The notes under the pieces: model-generated | What the model saw: the letters and a program-made list of their open reading frames with translations, nothing else | The model's database searches: none | What the model was told of the DNA's origin: nothing | Made by a program: the position numbers and the translations under genes | Source of the DNA: Chiloscyllium plagiosum | Lineage: Eukaryota | DNA length: 64,000 bases | Assembly (NCBI RefSeq): GCF_004010195.1 | Contig: NC_057719.1 | Span: forward strand, 49,399,155 to 49,463,154 | Direction of reading: 5' to 3' | Part shown: positions 35,724-49,222 of the stretch, one piece after another | Layout of the letters: each line of letters starts with the position of its first letter | Numbering within the stretch: position 1 is the first letter of the stretch

Positions 35724-38700
35724 GTTAAATAAGCCAGGACCTGAAACTTTGAATTTTATATTCTTCTTCTCACTCTACCCCAGTTGTAGTGTGACAGTTA
35801 CCGTCTCAGCAGAGCTTAGCTATTTTAGAACATGGAGTGAACCTGGAGCTTTACAGGTAATTATATTTCAACTAATCAATTAGTAAAGTGAGTTTTTCTG
35901 GTCAATTTTTAAAATAGTTCATAGCTAATTCACTGTCTAAATAAACAGTAAAGAAAAAGGTATTCCTTTCATGTACTATTGAAGTTTGTTATTTCAGTTC
36001 TGCATTGTACAAAAGTAGTATGCAACAAACTTTTTCACCGGGAAGCAATAGATTGCTCAAACTGCAGTTCACAGACCACACATTAGATCAATACTTGTAC
36101 AGTGTTTGACCAATCCAAACAAAAGAAATTGTTTGCTCTGCATCAAAGAAACTTTTAAAAAGTCACCTGTTTTCTTTTCTCTCCAGTCTTTTTATTCTGA
36201 ACTGACTTCCCCCAGTATACTCATTACAAGCACAAGTTTATTTCTGAACTCTACAAGTGTTGTTCCTTAGCTTACTTTCAAATGTTGTGCTAAAAGGTGT
36301 CACAAATAGCTGCCCCTGCTGTTTCTTCTTTCCCGTGGCAAAGCTCCACTCACTCATTACTTGATAGCACAGACGATACCAGAAACAATTTTATTTATTT
36401 GTGGAATTTGGGCTTCATGGCTGGGCCAGCATTTATTGCCAATTCTGAGTTGGTGAGCTGCCTTCTTGATTTGTCACAGGTAGACCTACAATGCTTTAGG
36501 CAGGGTTTGCCAGGCTTTTGACCCAGCAACACTGAAGAAACAGTGATGTATTTCTATGTCTAAATGGTAAGTAGCTTGGAAAGGAACTTGCAGGCAGTGA
36601 TATTTCTATGCATCTGCTCTCCCAGTCCTTCTATCCAAATAAGCTGCTATCAAACATTTTCCCATTGTCAATATTTAGTGACATTAAAAAATATATCCAA
36701 CAAGTATGTTTTGACTTCCTTTCTTCCAGAACAGTTGAAAGAAGAGGAGCTTTCAGTGGAAAAAAAATGCTTGCAGAGTTAAGCTGTTCCTCATTCGTGA
36801 TATATTAACGAATGAATTTAACCCTTCACCATGGCTAAGTGATCATTGCACAGTTTGATATTGAGTTGGCATCTTAACAGATGTTACGTTCGCCCATTGT
36901 ACTGCAAAGGCTGCAGACTGTCATAGATAAGTGAACATTCATGAGTCACGCAATTACTGCCACTCCAAGCAATGTTTCCTCTCCACCAGTTGTCAGATGA
37001 CTTGACCATAATCTTGTGATGAAAAGAGAACTGCAGTGCACTACGTCAATGTTTGTCTTCCAATCATTTGTACTGATTTCATAATAGCCTCAAGTCTTTT
37101 TAAAAAGTCATATATGAGACAAAATGAACACGTTTTAAATAGCCCATGCTACCCACTTTCGCCAAATAGTTACTGTTGTTGCAAATGAATACATTTACCT
37201 AAACACAATTAACATGTCATTCCCCACTATTCTAATATCATTCCCTTTGTCATCAAAACACATTTTAAAGATCTTTTTAATTATACACAAATACCCTTAA
37301 TTCTGAGCAGCATGTGAAAGGGAATTATTTTTCCTGAATCTGCATTTCAGTACAATTACATTTTGTATCATAGGCCTAATATAAATTAAATTGAATATTG
37401 CTTTAAATTTGCAGTGTTTAGTCTTTTTGTGTGGATTAGAAATGGTAGACTATCAATAACATGGCAATATAGGTATTTTATTAACACACTCCAGTCTTTT
37501 GTAAAGAGATGGATTAAGGAGTGAGATTTGAAAGCCAGATGAGTTCTGTGTTAATTTATTTTGAAATATTTCCTCCATAATAGTCACGCCTCCAGAAAAA
37601 AAAGTGAACAAATGAGAAGGCCGATGCCATCTGCAGGTTCGGCTTACCCTCCATCAGGCCTCTAAGGAAACAAAGAAGGCAGGAGAGAAGCCCATACTTT
37701 TTACCTTTTGTGGTCAGCTGATCCCACTGAGTTGCTTTTGGTCATGTCTGGAAATCTTCTACTTCAGAAAGGTTTTTTTTTGAAGGCTGAGTCTGTTTCC
37801 AGTTTGGTAGGTGACCTGTTTTGTGTTTTCAGTGTGTCTGGGAACTCCTTAGTGTAATTAGTGACCTTTGAACTCTGAAGCTAATCCTGAGCTGTTTTGT
37901 ATTCCTTACCCATCTTTAAGGCTGGTCTTCTCTCTTTTTCAGTATCCGTTGCCACAATTAAAGAAGAAACAGCTGCATTTCAAAGGGATTCCGATTCTAG
38001 AAGCTTAATCGTGATTGACAAGGCCTTCTTATTCTAGGCAATAAGAAAACTCTGGGAGTCCTTTCTTCTGCTGAAACTTCAATCATTTTCAAAAATTCTC
38101 ATTTGGATTTCATTCTATTCCTTTTATAACTATTCTGCTATACAATTTTACAAAGTTGAAAGATGCTTAGTATTTGCAGTATATATGAATTGCATTCATC
38201 CCAAGATTGGTGCCAGACCTATATTGTTGATGGGGAGGAAGCTAAAATCCATTTAGCTTCACAACACGGTTATAAAACATTGTGCAAATCCTGCAGACGG
38301 TCTTCTGTCACAACACTTTTATCTATGTACATAAAAGTAGCTTGCAGCATGGCATTCTATAAGCTAAAATGTCCAGGAAGTGTGCACATTAAAGCTACTG
38401 TTTTAAGCATTTTCACGGCTTTTTTGTACAGAAGCCTGCATTTTAAAAGATACTTTGTCATGTTGAGAAGTTGTAAGTAGATTAGTAAATGAATTCTGGA
38501 GCATAACCTTGTTTTTTTTAACTCAACTGTACCTATTCAGTAATTATATTTAAATACATCAGTTTTGGTTGTTGTAATATGTGTTTTACGTTAGTATCTG
38601 AGACAAATTAACATTTAACAAAAGTTAAACTTGCTTTTATGATTAAAAAGATAATCTTTCTTTTTCTCCCTCTTCTATCCCAAATCACCACTGCCATCAT

Positions 38701-39543
38701 CAAAGCAGCAAAAGAAATCAATCATCTTCTAATGTAGTCAGATCTTCGGTATTTAACTAACGTGATTATTTCTTGAGCTTCAGGTGTATTCTTCCACAAG
38801 GGTTACTGGATAGTGTCTGTTGTGAAAAGGCTGATAGATATTTTCCCTAATCCAGGCAAGGAGGGTAATTATCAATCATAAAATGCCATGCCGCTGCCCC
38901 AACCAATTCAGTGTTGGACTGGCATAGAATAACAAATGGAAGTGAATTAATTAAGTGAGCTATTGACACAATAAATAAAAACGTTTAACGGAACATATTT
39001 TGATAAATTCATATGTTCAAGTTCCAACTGAACTAATTTTTTAAAATTATGTCAGGAGATCCAAGATCATTCATGCTGACTAAAAACTTCAGCAGAAAAA
39101 GAATGAATTTCGTGATTTGAGTGGAACATATATATGATTGCCAATTTTATGGAAGAACAATACTTGCATTTTGAATTAATTGACAAACTTTATAGACAAA
39201 TGATTTAAATATGAACCTATTAATTTCCTTTTGTACAATGATACATCTTAAGTCTCTGGCTTTAGTAATTTTCACTGTCTTAAAATTTATAACCTAAATC
39301 TTCCCTATTATTAATGCAGTACAAAACTTGGAGTTGCAATTGACATGCATAAAATTGTGGTAATATATATCCTTTATTGAGATAAAACCATGAGGCCATT
39401 ATATTGTCTGCAAACTATTTATATGCGTTCAAAATTAACTTTGAAATAAAACTATTCTCAGTGAGGCTGAAAAGTATTGCTGACCACAAGGTGAGACCTT
39501 GCATCAATGTCTTAAATCAATCCAAATGTCAATAATGTACTCA

Positions 39544-39745
39544 TGATTTGGAGATGCCAGTGTTGGGCTGGGGTGTACAAAGTTAAAAATCACAACACCA
39601 GATTATAGTCCAACAGGTTTAATTGGAAGCACTAGCTTTTGGAGTGCAGCTCCTCCACAGCCACCTGATGAAGGAGTGGCGCTCTGAAAGCTAGTGCTTC
39701 CAATTAAACCTGCTGGACTCCAATTTGATATGGTGTGATTTTTAA
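39544..39745. mobile_element. Penelope-derived palindromic element (second family) with hammerhead motif
   Basis: Arms GTCCAACAGGTTTAATTGGAAGCACTAGCTTT and AAAGCTAGTGCTTCCAATTAAACCTGCTGGAC. Other copies at 49062-49222 and 63032-63242. Confidence 0.75.
39662..39696 (+). ncRNA. Minimal type I hammerhead ribozyme motif
   Basis: CAC-CTGATGA-A-GGAG(TGGCG)CTCT-GAAA-GCTA-GTG: stem I CAC/GTG, intact core, stem II, palindromic AGCT stem III, CUA cleavage triplet. Confidence 0.55.
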
Positions 39746-39804
39746 GTCGATAATGTAAATTATTTCAACGATGAACTCCACCATTTCTAAACTATTTTAA
39801 TTCC

Positions 39805-39925
39805 AAAAAGCAAAGAACTGCAGATGCTGAAAATCTGAAACAAAAACAGAAATAGCTGGTGAAACTCAGCAGGTTTGGCGGCATCTGTGGAGAGAAAGTA
39901 AAGTTAAAGTTTCAGGTCCCTTACA
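39805..39925 (-). mobile_element. Penelope terminal-repeat remnant
   Basis: GAACTGCAGATGCTGAAAATCTGAAACAAAAACAGAAATAGCTGG..GGCATCTGTGGAGAG. Similar copy at ~47845-48000. Confidence 0.6.
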
Positions 39926-42900
39926 GCTCATTTTGCAAGAGGGAAAGGGCAAATAACTTCCACGCCACCTCTTCGTTCTCCATTATCAGTTGGCTTGATT
40001 GGTCTACCTTTCCATCATCATCCAGTCAAATCTTTCCTGTTTGAAGATGTTTAATTCTATCGGTTGACTTGACATAAAAGTTTCTCATGCATGAACTTTA
40101 TCTTCCGTGTCTTGATGTTTGGTCCCCATATTACCCTGGCACGTCATTTCCAGTACAGAGTATACTGCATGCCGTGCTGCTTTCTGAATAAATACCTAAT
40201 GTCCAGATCGAATTTTGTCAATATAAATATTTAATTATTTGCATCTTATTTGTACCCCTTTTCTAAGCCGCCAGTCAAGCTGTTCCTCTCTTCATAAAAT
40301 TCTTAAATACTCAACCCTTTCCTAATCAAACCCAGTCAATGCTGTTACCATTTTTTTGTTTAATCCATGTTGTGCATATCCAACCTCTAAAAAAATTAGG
40401 ACTAGCTCTGGTGGGATTACAGCTACATAAAACCATCCGAGAGCACACTTAACAAAAAAGCCTAAATGTGTACCTCTTGATGTAGCTTCTATGTGGGACC
40501 TTTCAATATGCAAAAGTTAATTCGCGTCCGATCGTACAATGGTATTATCCACAAAAAGTACAAATTCACAACAGCTCAACAACGTAAAATAAGATGTATT
40601 TGAAAAAGGAAGACAGTTAACAAAGATGTTGAAAAACAATTAACATTGTTCAGATTTCAGGGACCTTTTGGGATTACATCTTAAAAGCCAGCAAATCAGA
40701 TTTGCAGCAACTGAAAGTGAAACTGATACTTCCTTTACGAAAGTTTGCAATACTATCCAATTCGAGCCATCGTCCAGTCAGTTTGTTGTATTATCAGGTT
40801 AGAATACATGAAGGAATGTTATCTGTTTTCACAAAGAGGACCGCAACTAAAAGAAAAGTTAAATGTTAGCTGAATTCTGAACCTTTTAACCTGGCTCAAG
40901 CCTGTTGCTCCCTGTTATGCAAATACCTTAAAATCCCCTTGTTTAGTTCAGTGGAAATAATTTTTTGAATGACAGGTTTACTTTGTGTGGATTCAATTGG
41001 TGATTAATCCCCCTTTGATCTAGGGTATTTTGCTAAACTACCAGTTACCTCTTCTGACAGAGTGCAACTGAGATTAGGGAGATCATTGGAATGCTATCAG
41101 GGTGTAGGTTTATTTTCCATAACCTCTAAGAGCAAGGGCGAGGAAAGCAATCTATTTGTAGGATTTGATGCTGTGCGGCGTTGTCAATGGAGTCAGGAAG
41201 CTGATTGTATTTATTTTAACACTGCAACTGTTTTTTTCACACAAACAAGGCAGATTTTTTGTTAACATTGCACATCCTTGTTGATTGGGCAGTTATGTCA
41301 ACACTCAAACCAATTTGGTGAAGGGAATAATGTTCCGTGTTCATCTCAAACATAAAACTGTCAATGTATTCCTTTAGCCTCATCAAGAAGTGAGCAGATT
41401 TCCCCTTCAAATAGCTGTCGAGTTGATGTAAAAGTAGCATGGTGAAGATAAAGGTTTTAACGAGTTGAATAATCAAAGCCTAGATTGTAAAACGTGTTTC
41501 GTGCATGCATTCCCGTTATTTTCACTTGCAGTTTATGGAGAACGGCACAACTAACGCCATCCTTCATTCCACTGTCACAGACATTCAATAAGCATTGCCT
41601 TGTAAAACTTTTATTTAAAGAGATCTTGATTTCTCAATTCCAGTTTTAATTCTCAATTCCAATTCCAATTCCTTTTCCACATTAGAGGAACTGCAAATTT
41701 CTAGCTGAGATTTGTGTCATAAATGTGTGAATTGCCATTTTTGCTAACAGGCGGTTATAACATATTGAATGACGAGAAAATGTTTGAAATATTTAGCTCA
41801 CTGGCAACATCCAACTCTGTTGAAATGATTTCTGAGAATTTGTACCTAAAAAACGATCAAAGATTTTTTTAAAATTTCAAATTATAACATTTTTAAATAT
41901 ACCTACAATGCTAAGATGTTTCTTTGTGTGATTAGCTTTGTTTGAATCAAAGAAGCAGCTGTAATGTTAAAATATGAACAAGCATTAATGCAACTTTAAA
42001 AAAAAGATAAATTTGAGAAACAATAAACCAATGGTAAATTGTCCCATTTCTTGTCAGATAGATTTTCCTAGTTTTTGTTGCACAAAGCATGTTCTGATAA
42101 TGTATATGTATTATTGTATATATGAATTCTTTATCACAGCCAGACTCCAGGAAAGGCAATAAACACTGGCAAATGAAGCTTAAAGGACACTGACCTAGGT
42201 TATTTTTGTACACTTTCACGTTATTTATTATTATAGGGAGGCACTGGGAAGAGACATTTCCTCGTTCCCTGCACCATTCTTTTGCAAAAATAGATGATGG
42301 AATATTAAGCAGCTGGAAAGAGGAAAACACCTCAAGAAGGAAAATCATGATGTCCATACAATGCACATCATGGCAGTTCATAGTAACGTTAGCAAATTCA
42401 AGCACAGGCTGCATGGCTAAGAAAGCAAAACATAAAAAAATACAATTTTGCTGTTTAATTAATTTCTGCTGAAGTCATTTCCCACTTGTCACAGGACTGA
42501 ATAATGACCTCTCATATTTTTCTTCACAGAATATACACAAGGCAATTTGTGTCCTGAACATTATCCAACTCACTCCATCTCTTGTACTGGAAGAGGCAAC
42601 AGCTAAATCTAAATTTGAACAATTGCTCAGAAAGAAAGATAAATAAGCAGGAGGAGGGGAAAAGCTGATCATTCACAAGTTTTAGATGCTTGTTTATTCC
42701 TTCTGTGTGATGTCAAAGAATGAATAATTTGTTGGTATTTTTGAAAAGTTAATGTATTACATCAGATCATGACTGGTAAGAGAAGATTATAGCTGCTATT
42801 ATTATGTACTGTAGATGTATAACATTTTAACAGCTGTGTTTAAAGGAATAACCATGTAAAAATGAGTTAATGAGTTAAAACATAAATTGCTGTGGTGAAG

Positions 42901-43279
42901 CATAGAGGTTAGATAACAATCTGATCTCATGTGAAGGCTTTTTTTTCCCTCATTTAGGTATGTTTAATTTATTACTTGGGGTGATTTGTGAATTTGTATT
43001 AACTTAAACACACACTACAGAAATTGAACCTTTATGTTACCAGTTACAATGACAAGAATTTGTGATGCAAGTAAAAGTTTATCAAATATATGTTTGGGTG
43101 GAAGCGATTATTTGCTATATGGAAGATGCCAAGTATGTAGGAATAACATTAGAATTATTTTTATAAAATCATTTTATTTGAACGACCTTGATTTGTATTC
43201 AATATTCAATGCCATTTATAATTATTCAAAGTGCTTGAATGTATCACATTAAAGAAAGTAAGTCTCCACTGTAGTTTAA

Positions 43280-43715
43280 AAGAATAACATTTATATAACA
43301 CTTTTCAGATTCGTAAAATAACTCAAACTGCTTCAAAACCAATCCATTGATTTATTCCACTTTGTAGACAAACCTGAAGCAAGTTTTCTGAGCAGCAAAA
43401 TCCTACACATATCAATGAGATAGATAGGTGGCCAGCTAATCTGATTTTGTAATTATCATGGAAGAATGAACGTTAGCAAGAGCACTAAGAGAATCTTTCT
43501 GCTTATGTTCAGACTATGTTGTTAGATCTTTTGCATCATTTCAATTCGATCTTAGTTTATACTCCAACTAAAGGAAAACACTTTAGATATTGCACCATTC
43601 CTTCAGCACAGCATTGACATACCAGATTTACGTGCTCAAGTTTGGAGTGGAGGTTAAGTCCATGATTTTCTGATTTAAATGTCACAGTGTAATCAAATAG
43701 TCAAGCTAATGCTGC
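43280..43715 (-). mobile_element. Ancient DeuSINE-like relic
   Basis: Degenerate similarity by eye to 13487-13860 (ACATTTATATAACAC...CAGCTAATCTGATTTTGT...GATCTTTTGCATC...TGCACCATTCCTTCAGCAC). Confidence 0.4.
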
Positions 43716-45809
43716 ACCTATTCAGAATAATCATTGCAGTGAAATAAAATAATTCTTCAGTTCCGTTCAAGATAGCAGCTTTGAAACATTTGTTTGTCCT
43801 TTCTGTTGTGATATAGTGCACTTTGCTCAGTTTACAGTTAAAATTAGGTACTTTCCCCAAGAAATATACTTTGCACTTTAGGCAGCATTTGCAACTGTTA
43901 ACTCTGGAAAAGTTTCCTCAGTCAGAGGGCAGAATTGTACAAAGACATTGGATATAGTTTGTTAGTTTCTTAAATGACTCATCATGGGATTAGAATATCG
44001 GTGAATTACATCTTCAATATGTTACATTTGCAATTGAAATCACCAAACTTTTCAGTCTTCTGGTAACTTGTCGACAAATAAAACAAGGTAAGAATTTAGA
44101 ATAAGAAATTCTTACATTTAAACAATGTTTCGTTTCGAGAAATAGAACTGAACTAACTGAATAAAGATATCACTTAACATTTATTCTAATGTAATCTTTA
44201 CTCCGAGTAAAATGTCAAATAAAGTGATGGAGTAGATTTTAACAAAAGATATCACAATGGCAATAAATAGGCTAAACATTAGTATTGAAAAACAGCCTTC
44301 AGTTTTGTTCAAGAGCTTAATTAAGATGATTGGTGCTTGATCCCAACAGAGGCATTATTGTTCGCAACATCTTCTCACAAAATCATGTATTTTCTATTTA
44401 TCTTTAACATAGTTTGCATCCGGCAATGTTACAATATTTGAGATTCTGAAGAGAAAAAAATGAAGAAGTGCAAAGAATTATGATGCATGTATAGTCATGA
44501 TTTACTCCTGTGTTAACCTGTGATTGAATTCTAACAATTTAACAAAAGTTGCTCATAAAAAATACACTTGGAATTCTGTGAAGATCTCTCATAGGAAATC
44601 AGCCAAAACACACAGAAATGCAAAGCCTAATAAGACTCTCAGCAATTCTTGTATCAAACTAGCAATATGTGACATAAATAGTATGTAAAATTGGAGGTGT
44701 TTTAGAGTTATGTTTGTAAAGGCTAAATTAATATTCACATTTTAATAACTGCACATGGTATCAAATCATCCAAAATGTTTGGTTAAAATATCATTTTGGA
44801 CTAAAGTGTTCAAAATATTATTTTTGCTTCTATGTTCATGAACCAGCATTTTAAGGCTTCATTTGAAGAGTTTATTTCAGGAACAATTACATTTTGAGCT
44901 TTGAAAGGCAGTTCTGTAAATGATATTCCTTTTGTTTGACTGCAGTTTATCATTCCAAATAACACTGTTTCCCAAGTTGCATGCATCAATCCTTTCTTTC
45001 ACTAAACATATAGGATTCAGTTTTCTTCCTTCACATTTTAATGTCTCCAGTTCCATGTTGTTTTTGAAATCCGCACACAAACCCATAGATTATGTCTCAT
45101 TCTTGAACTCTCAGATATCATGTACCAGGCCTTTCAGCAAATAAAGTCATCAAAATGACAGCAAGCCAAATTGAGAGCCAAAACTCTAAATCACAAAATT
45201 AGTTTCTGTTGCAAATAGCATTACAAAATTTGTAAAATTTTTGAAAATATTTAATGATATGTGATCTTTAAAAAAAAGTTAATATATAAATACAAATATG
45301 TCATCAAAACCCAAATTCAATTATTTTAATGTGAAACACATTATTGCCACATATAACCTTGATAGACAGTATTTGTGTTAGAGATCACTTGTCATATCCT
45401 GTCATGGGTGAAAACATTGTTTACCCTTTTTTAAACTTGGTTTCACAAGATTACTTCCTAATGGATGTGGTTACTTTGAATCTTATCAATTTCCATTTTA
45501 TCACAACCACATAGAAATGGTGGCAGAGAGTCAGCACAGGTCATTTATAAGAGGTCTAACCTGACTAGATTTCATAATTTTTAAAAAGAAAGATGTACCT
45601 GGCCTCTCCAATGACTGAAATGTTTGCTGTTTGTTTCATTTATAATTAGAGCCAGATAATTGACAGTGAGTGACAACTAGTAGAATGCTGATGTATTACT
45701 GCATGTTTTTGTATATATTGAAATATGTCATTAAATCTTAAAAAGGGCCATTGTCACTTAAACATTCCAGCTTGAAAATCTTAGATTTCTGCAAGTTCCT
45801 GCCAATTAT

Positions 45810-45972
45810 AGAATCATTACTGTCATACAGCATGAAAACGAACCCTTCGGTCTAACTCATCCATGCTGACCAGACATCCCAAAATGCCAAGGTTCCATTT
45901 GCCAGTATTCAGCCCATTTCCCTCTAAACCTTCCTGGTCTTAGAAGAGATACCTTTTAAATGTTGTAGTTGT
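45810..45972 (-). mobile_element. Short CR1 3' tail fragment
   Basis: CATACAGCATGAAAACGAACCCTTCGG..CCCTCTAAACC matches the tails at 16140 and 50165. Confidence 0.7.
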
Positions 45973-48900
45973 TGCAAAGGTACTACACATAGGGAGAAGC
46001 CATTGGTAACTTTCACATGAATTAAATTGGTGTAGAGTTTCAAGACTTAATTTGAATTTTATCACAGAAATTATTCAAGACCATCCCAGTGGCAGATTTA
46101 TATGGCCCCTCGTTTACAATTGTGCCTCTTTTAAATATCACTTGCAAACCCCACTTAACTATTTGTGGAATTGAATAGCAAATTGTCTTCTACTTTAAAA
46201 AACCCTTAAAAATGGCATACCGGGAGTGACAAATACTGTTAAATTCTGCATGGTTGCCAGTTTGCCATCTGTCCTCGATGGCAGAATTCTGCACCAGTCT
46301 TGTCTGTCCTCTAGTGGCACATTTATGGCACTGCAGCATGCAAATCTCAACTACAACTATTTACAGGAAGAATCTGCTTGTCACCACCTTTTGTTAAAAT
46401 AAATACTTCCGTTTCAATGACATCGTGGAATAATGGCCTACACGAGTCAAGAATTTCTAGATTTTAAACCAAATATTTTTGATAACATAGGGCACTCAAT
46501 AAATGGTCAGTGACTAAAATAATAGTCACTGCTATCCATACCACAGTTAAAGTGTCATTAAACCATGGCTATCACTTGTTATAGTATATAAATTAATATG
46601 AAACATAATCATGTACCTTGAAATAAACGGGGTTTATAGGTATGTTGCATCTCTTTTCAGTTTCTGTCACATCTTCTGGACCATTCCATCAAAGGTAGTT
46701 AAAAACCTGAGGAAAAACATCTATCATCATGTAATCAGTTGTAATCGCATTTGCTTTTCATACAGATTTGACTTCTGGTCCCTCTCCATGAAATTGCTAT
46801 GGGAATCAGAGCTAATTTCCAAAATAACACTCCACTAAGCATTGCTATAAAGGTGTGCTATTCAGAAACAGACTTCTTTCCACTCCAAGTGTTTTAACCT
46901 TCCAATAATTCCTGACTCCAGTTGGGACTTGGTACCCTGACCACCAGTTGCCTCTCTCTCTCTACCTCATCCAAAGTGTTCAGAATGGTAGGCAGCTCTT
47001 GGCCATTAAAATGCTATAAATGTTGTAATTGTCAGATACTATTTTGCATACAGATATGGTGCAAGTCACTTTGGAGATAAATCCCATTTTGTTCTCATTC
47101 ATATTTTAGCAGGTGGCATTGTACAACTACTGGCAACTGGAATTATAGATGATTTTTTCTTCCTGATCCTGGAACTAGACTAGAAAAGCCTTTGCCGGGT
47201 TTTAGTCATGATCCTTCAACTTAGTGCAGAGTGTAGATCAAACATGGGACCTGAGTCTGTATGGTTCAATGCAAAGCCTCTCAGTATATTGATTCAGCAT
47301 GCCATCGCAATGCTAAATAATGTTTTATTTTTAGCTAACTTCTGTTTGAGGACCATTTAGATTTACATTTTTTAAAACTTTGCTTAAAGTTGGCATTACA
47401 CCTTGTAATTTATTGATATTGATGAATTTGCCTTAATTCCTGTTTCTTTTAAACACACCCTTGAAGGAGATGCTGTGTTGAACATAAATCATGATCTGGT
47501 GCTCATTATAAAAGCCAAAGGGGCAGGAGGTTGTTTGTATTGTGCTTGTTTTTTTAGATACACAAAGGCACAACATATGCAAACTTAGCAGTGAGTTGCC
47601 CCACACAGATTTAGTAGGGGATCACCTACCTGCTCTGGTTTCATCTTATTGTACTGCTATAAAGTGTCTACAGATGTTTTATACAAATATATGTTTGAAC
47701 AGTGAAATAATAATGCAAATTGCTTTTTTCTGTTCTAAAAGCTTCAGCACCCACTGTGAATGCCAACTAAGATAACAGCTTAGAGACTGAGCTTAGATAT
47801 AAAAATGTCCAAAGTGACCTCTGTGAATGCAACCTGCCATTTGACAGTAAAAGCAGAATGTTATAGATGGCTGAAATGTGAAATAAAAACAGAAAATGCT
47901 GCAGATTTTCAGAAGATCCAGCAACACCTGTGGAGAAAGAAACAGGGTTAACCTTTTGAGTCCAATCCAAGTTCTGAAGAAGGGTCTCTGGACTCAAAAC
48001 ACTTCTCAAACATTTTTTGATTTTGTGACAGTTGATAAAGATACTGTCACAATTTAACACATTATGGTAGATAGCTGCTGACCCTCAATGAATCATGCCT
48101 TGTAAACAAAAGATTACTTTTATTTAAATCTCTTTAGAGTTTAACATTAAACATTAGTATTTTTAACACACTTTAACATTTAACATTAGTATTGTTTTTC
48201 TGGATTTCCAGATTGTCATGTTTCTTTCCCATCTGTAATGAAGTCTTATCTTTTCTAATGTTTACAATCCATTCAGATTGATAGGATCCAATGCCATGTC
48301 CATGTTCTTTGATTGTTTGGAGATGGAGTTATCAATGGAGATGGAGTTATCATTATCAATGGAGTTATGCAGGATGAGAAAGTCTCTTTTCTGGTTGTCT
48401 TGGCTATCTAGGTGGTCCAGGCATAGATCTATATCTGATCACTGACGGTCAGAAGTGGCTCATGCAGTGGCCTAGATTATCAGGATCAGGCTACAGCTTG
48501 AGTTTACTCAGATTTCCAGATCTTGGATGCAAAAGTAAATAGCTAATAAAGATCTGAGCATTTATCCTGACAAAGTAGATGAGACAAGACAGACAAATAT
48601 TTACGTTATAGACAAGCATTGATAGCTACAGTTATATTAGCTGCAGATTGAAACTTGTTAAAGACTGGAAATGCTTGAATGAAATCAAGTGGATTGGACA
48701 ATGGCAATGGATATTTTCCTCAACCTAATTCTCTGAAATCTCATTACTAAAGGTATTCAGGCACGTAGTACAGCACCATCATTTATTCTTTTGCTTTAGA
48801 CCAAAGTCTCCATGAGTCATCAAGATGGCAACATTCTTTGACTTAAACAACACAAAAGAGCTTATACTCTATAAATTTCTATTCAATAGAATTAAGTGGT

Positions 48901-49061
48901 CTTGATTGAGAACATGAACTTTGCATTTAAAACTGCTTATAATAATCTTTTTATAGGTTACATTATTTACAGTTGTAATATTTAGTGGAAATATAGAATC
49001 TTGGATATATCTGTTAAGTCCTAGAAAGCCACCCAAATACTATGTTACAATCATTCTGATA

Positions 49062-49222
49062 TGATGTGCAGGTGTCGGTGTTGTACTGAAGTGGACAAAG
49101 TTAAAAATCACACAACACCAGGTTATAGTCCAACAGATTTATTTGGAAGAAGCAGTGCCTCGAAAGCTAGTGCTTTCAAGTAAATCTGTTGGACTATAAC
49201 CTGGTATTGTGTGATTTTTAAC
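49062..49222. mobile_element. Palindromic Penelope-derived element with central deletion
   Basis: GTTAAAAATCACACAACACCAGGTTATAGTCCAACAGATTTA / TAAATCTGTTGGACTATAACCTGGTATTGTGTGATTTTTAAC. Confidence 0.75.

Noticed and set aside
41947..42414. 155-aa minus-strand ORF as a novel gene
   Set aside because: Composition typical of random AT-rich sequence, with no domain or supporting splice structure.
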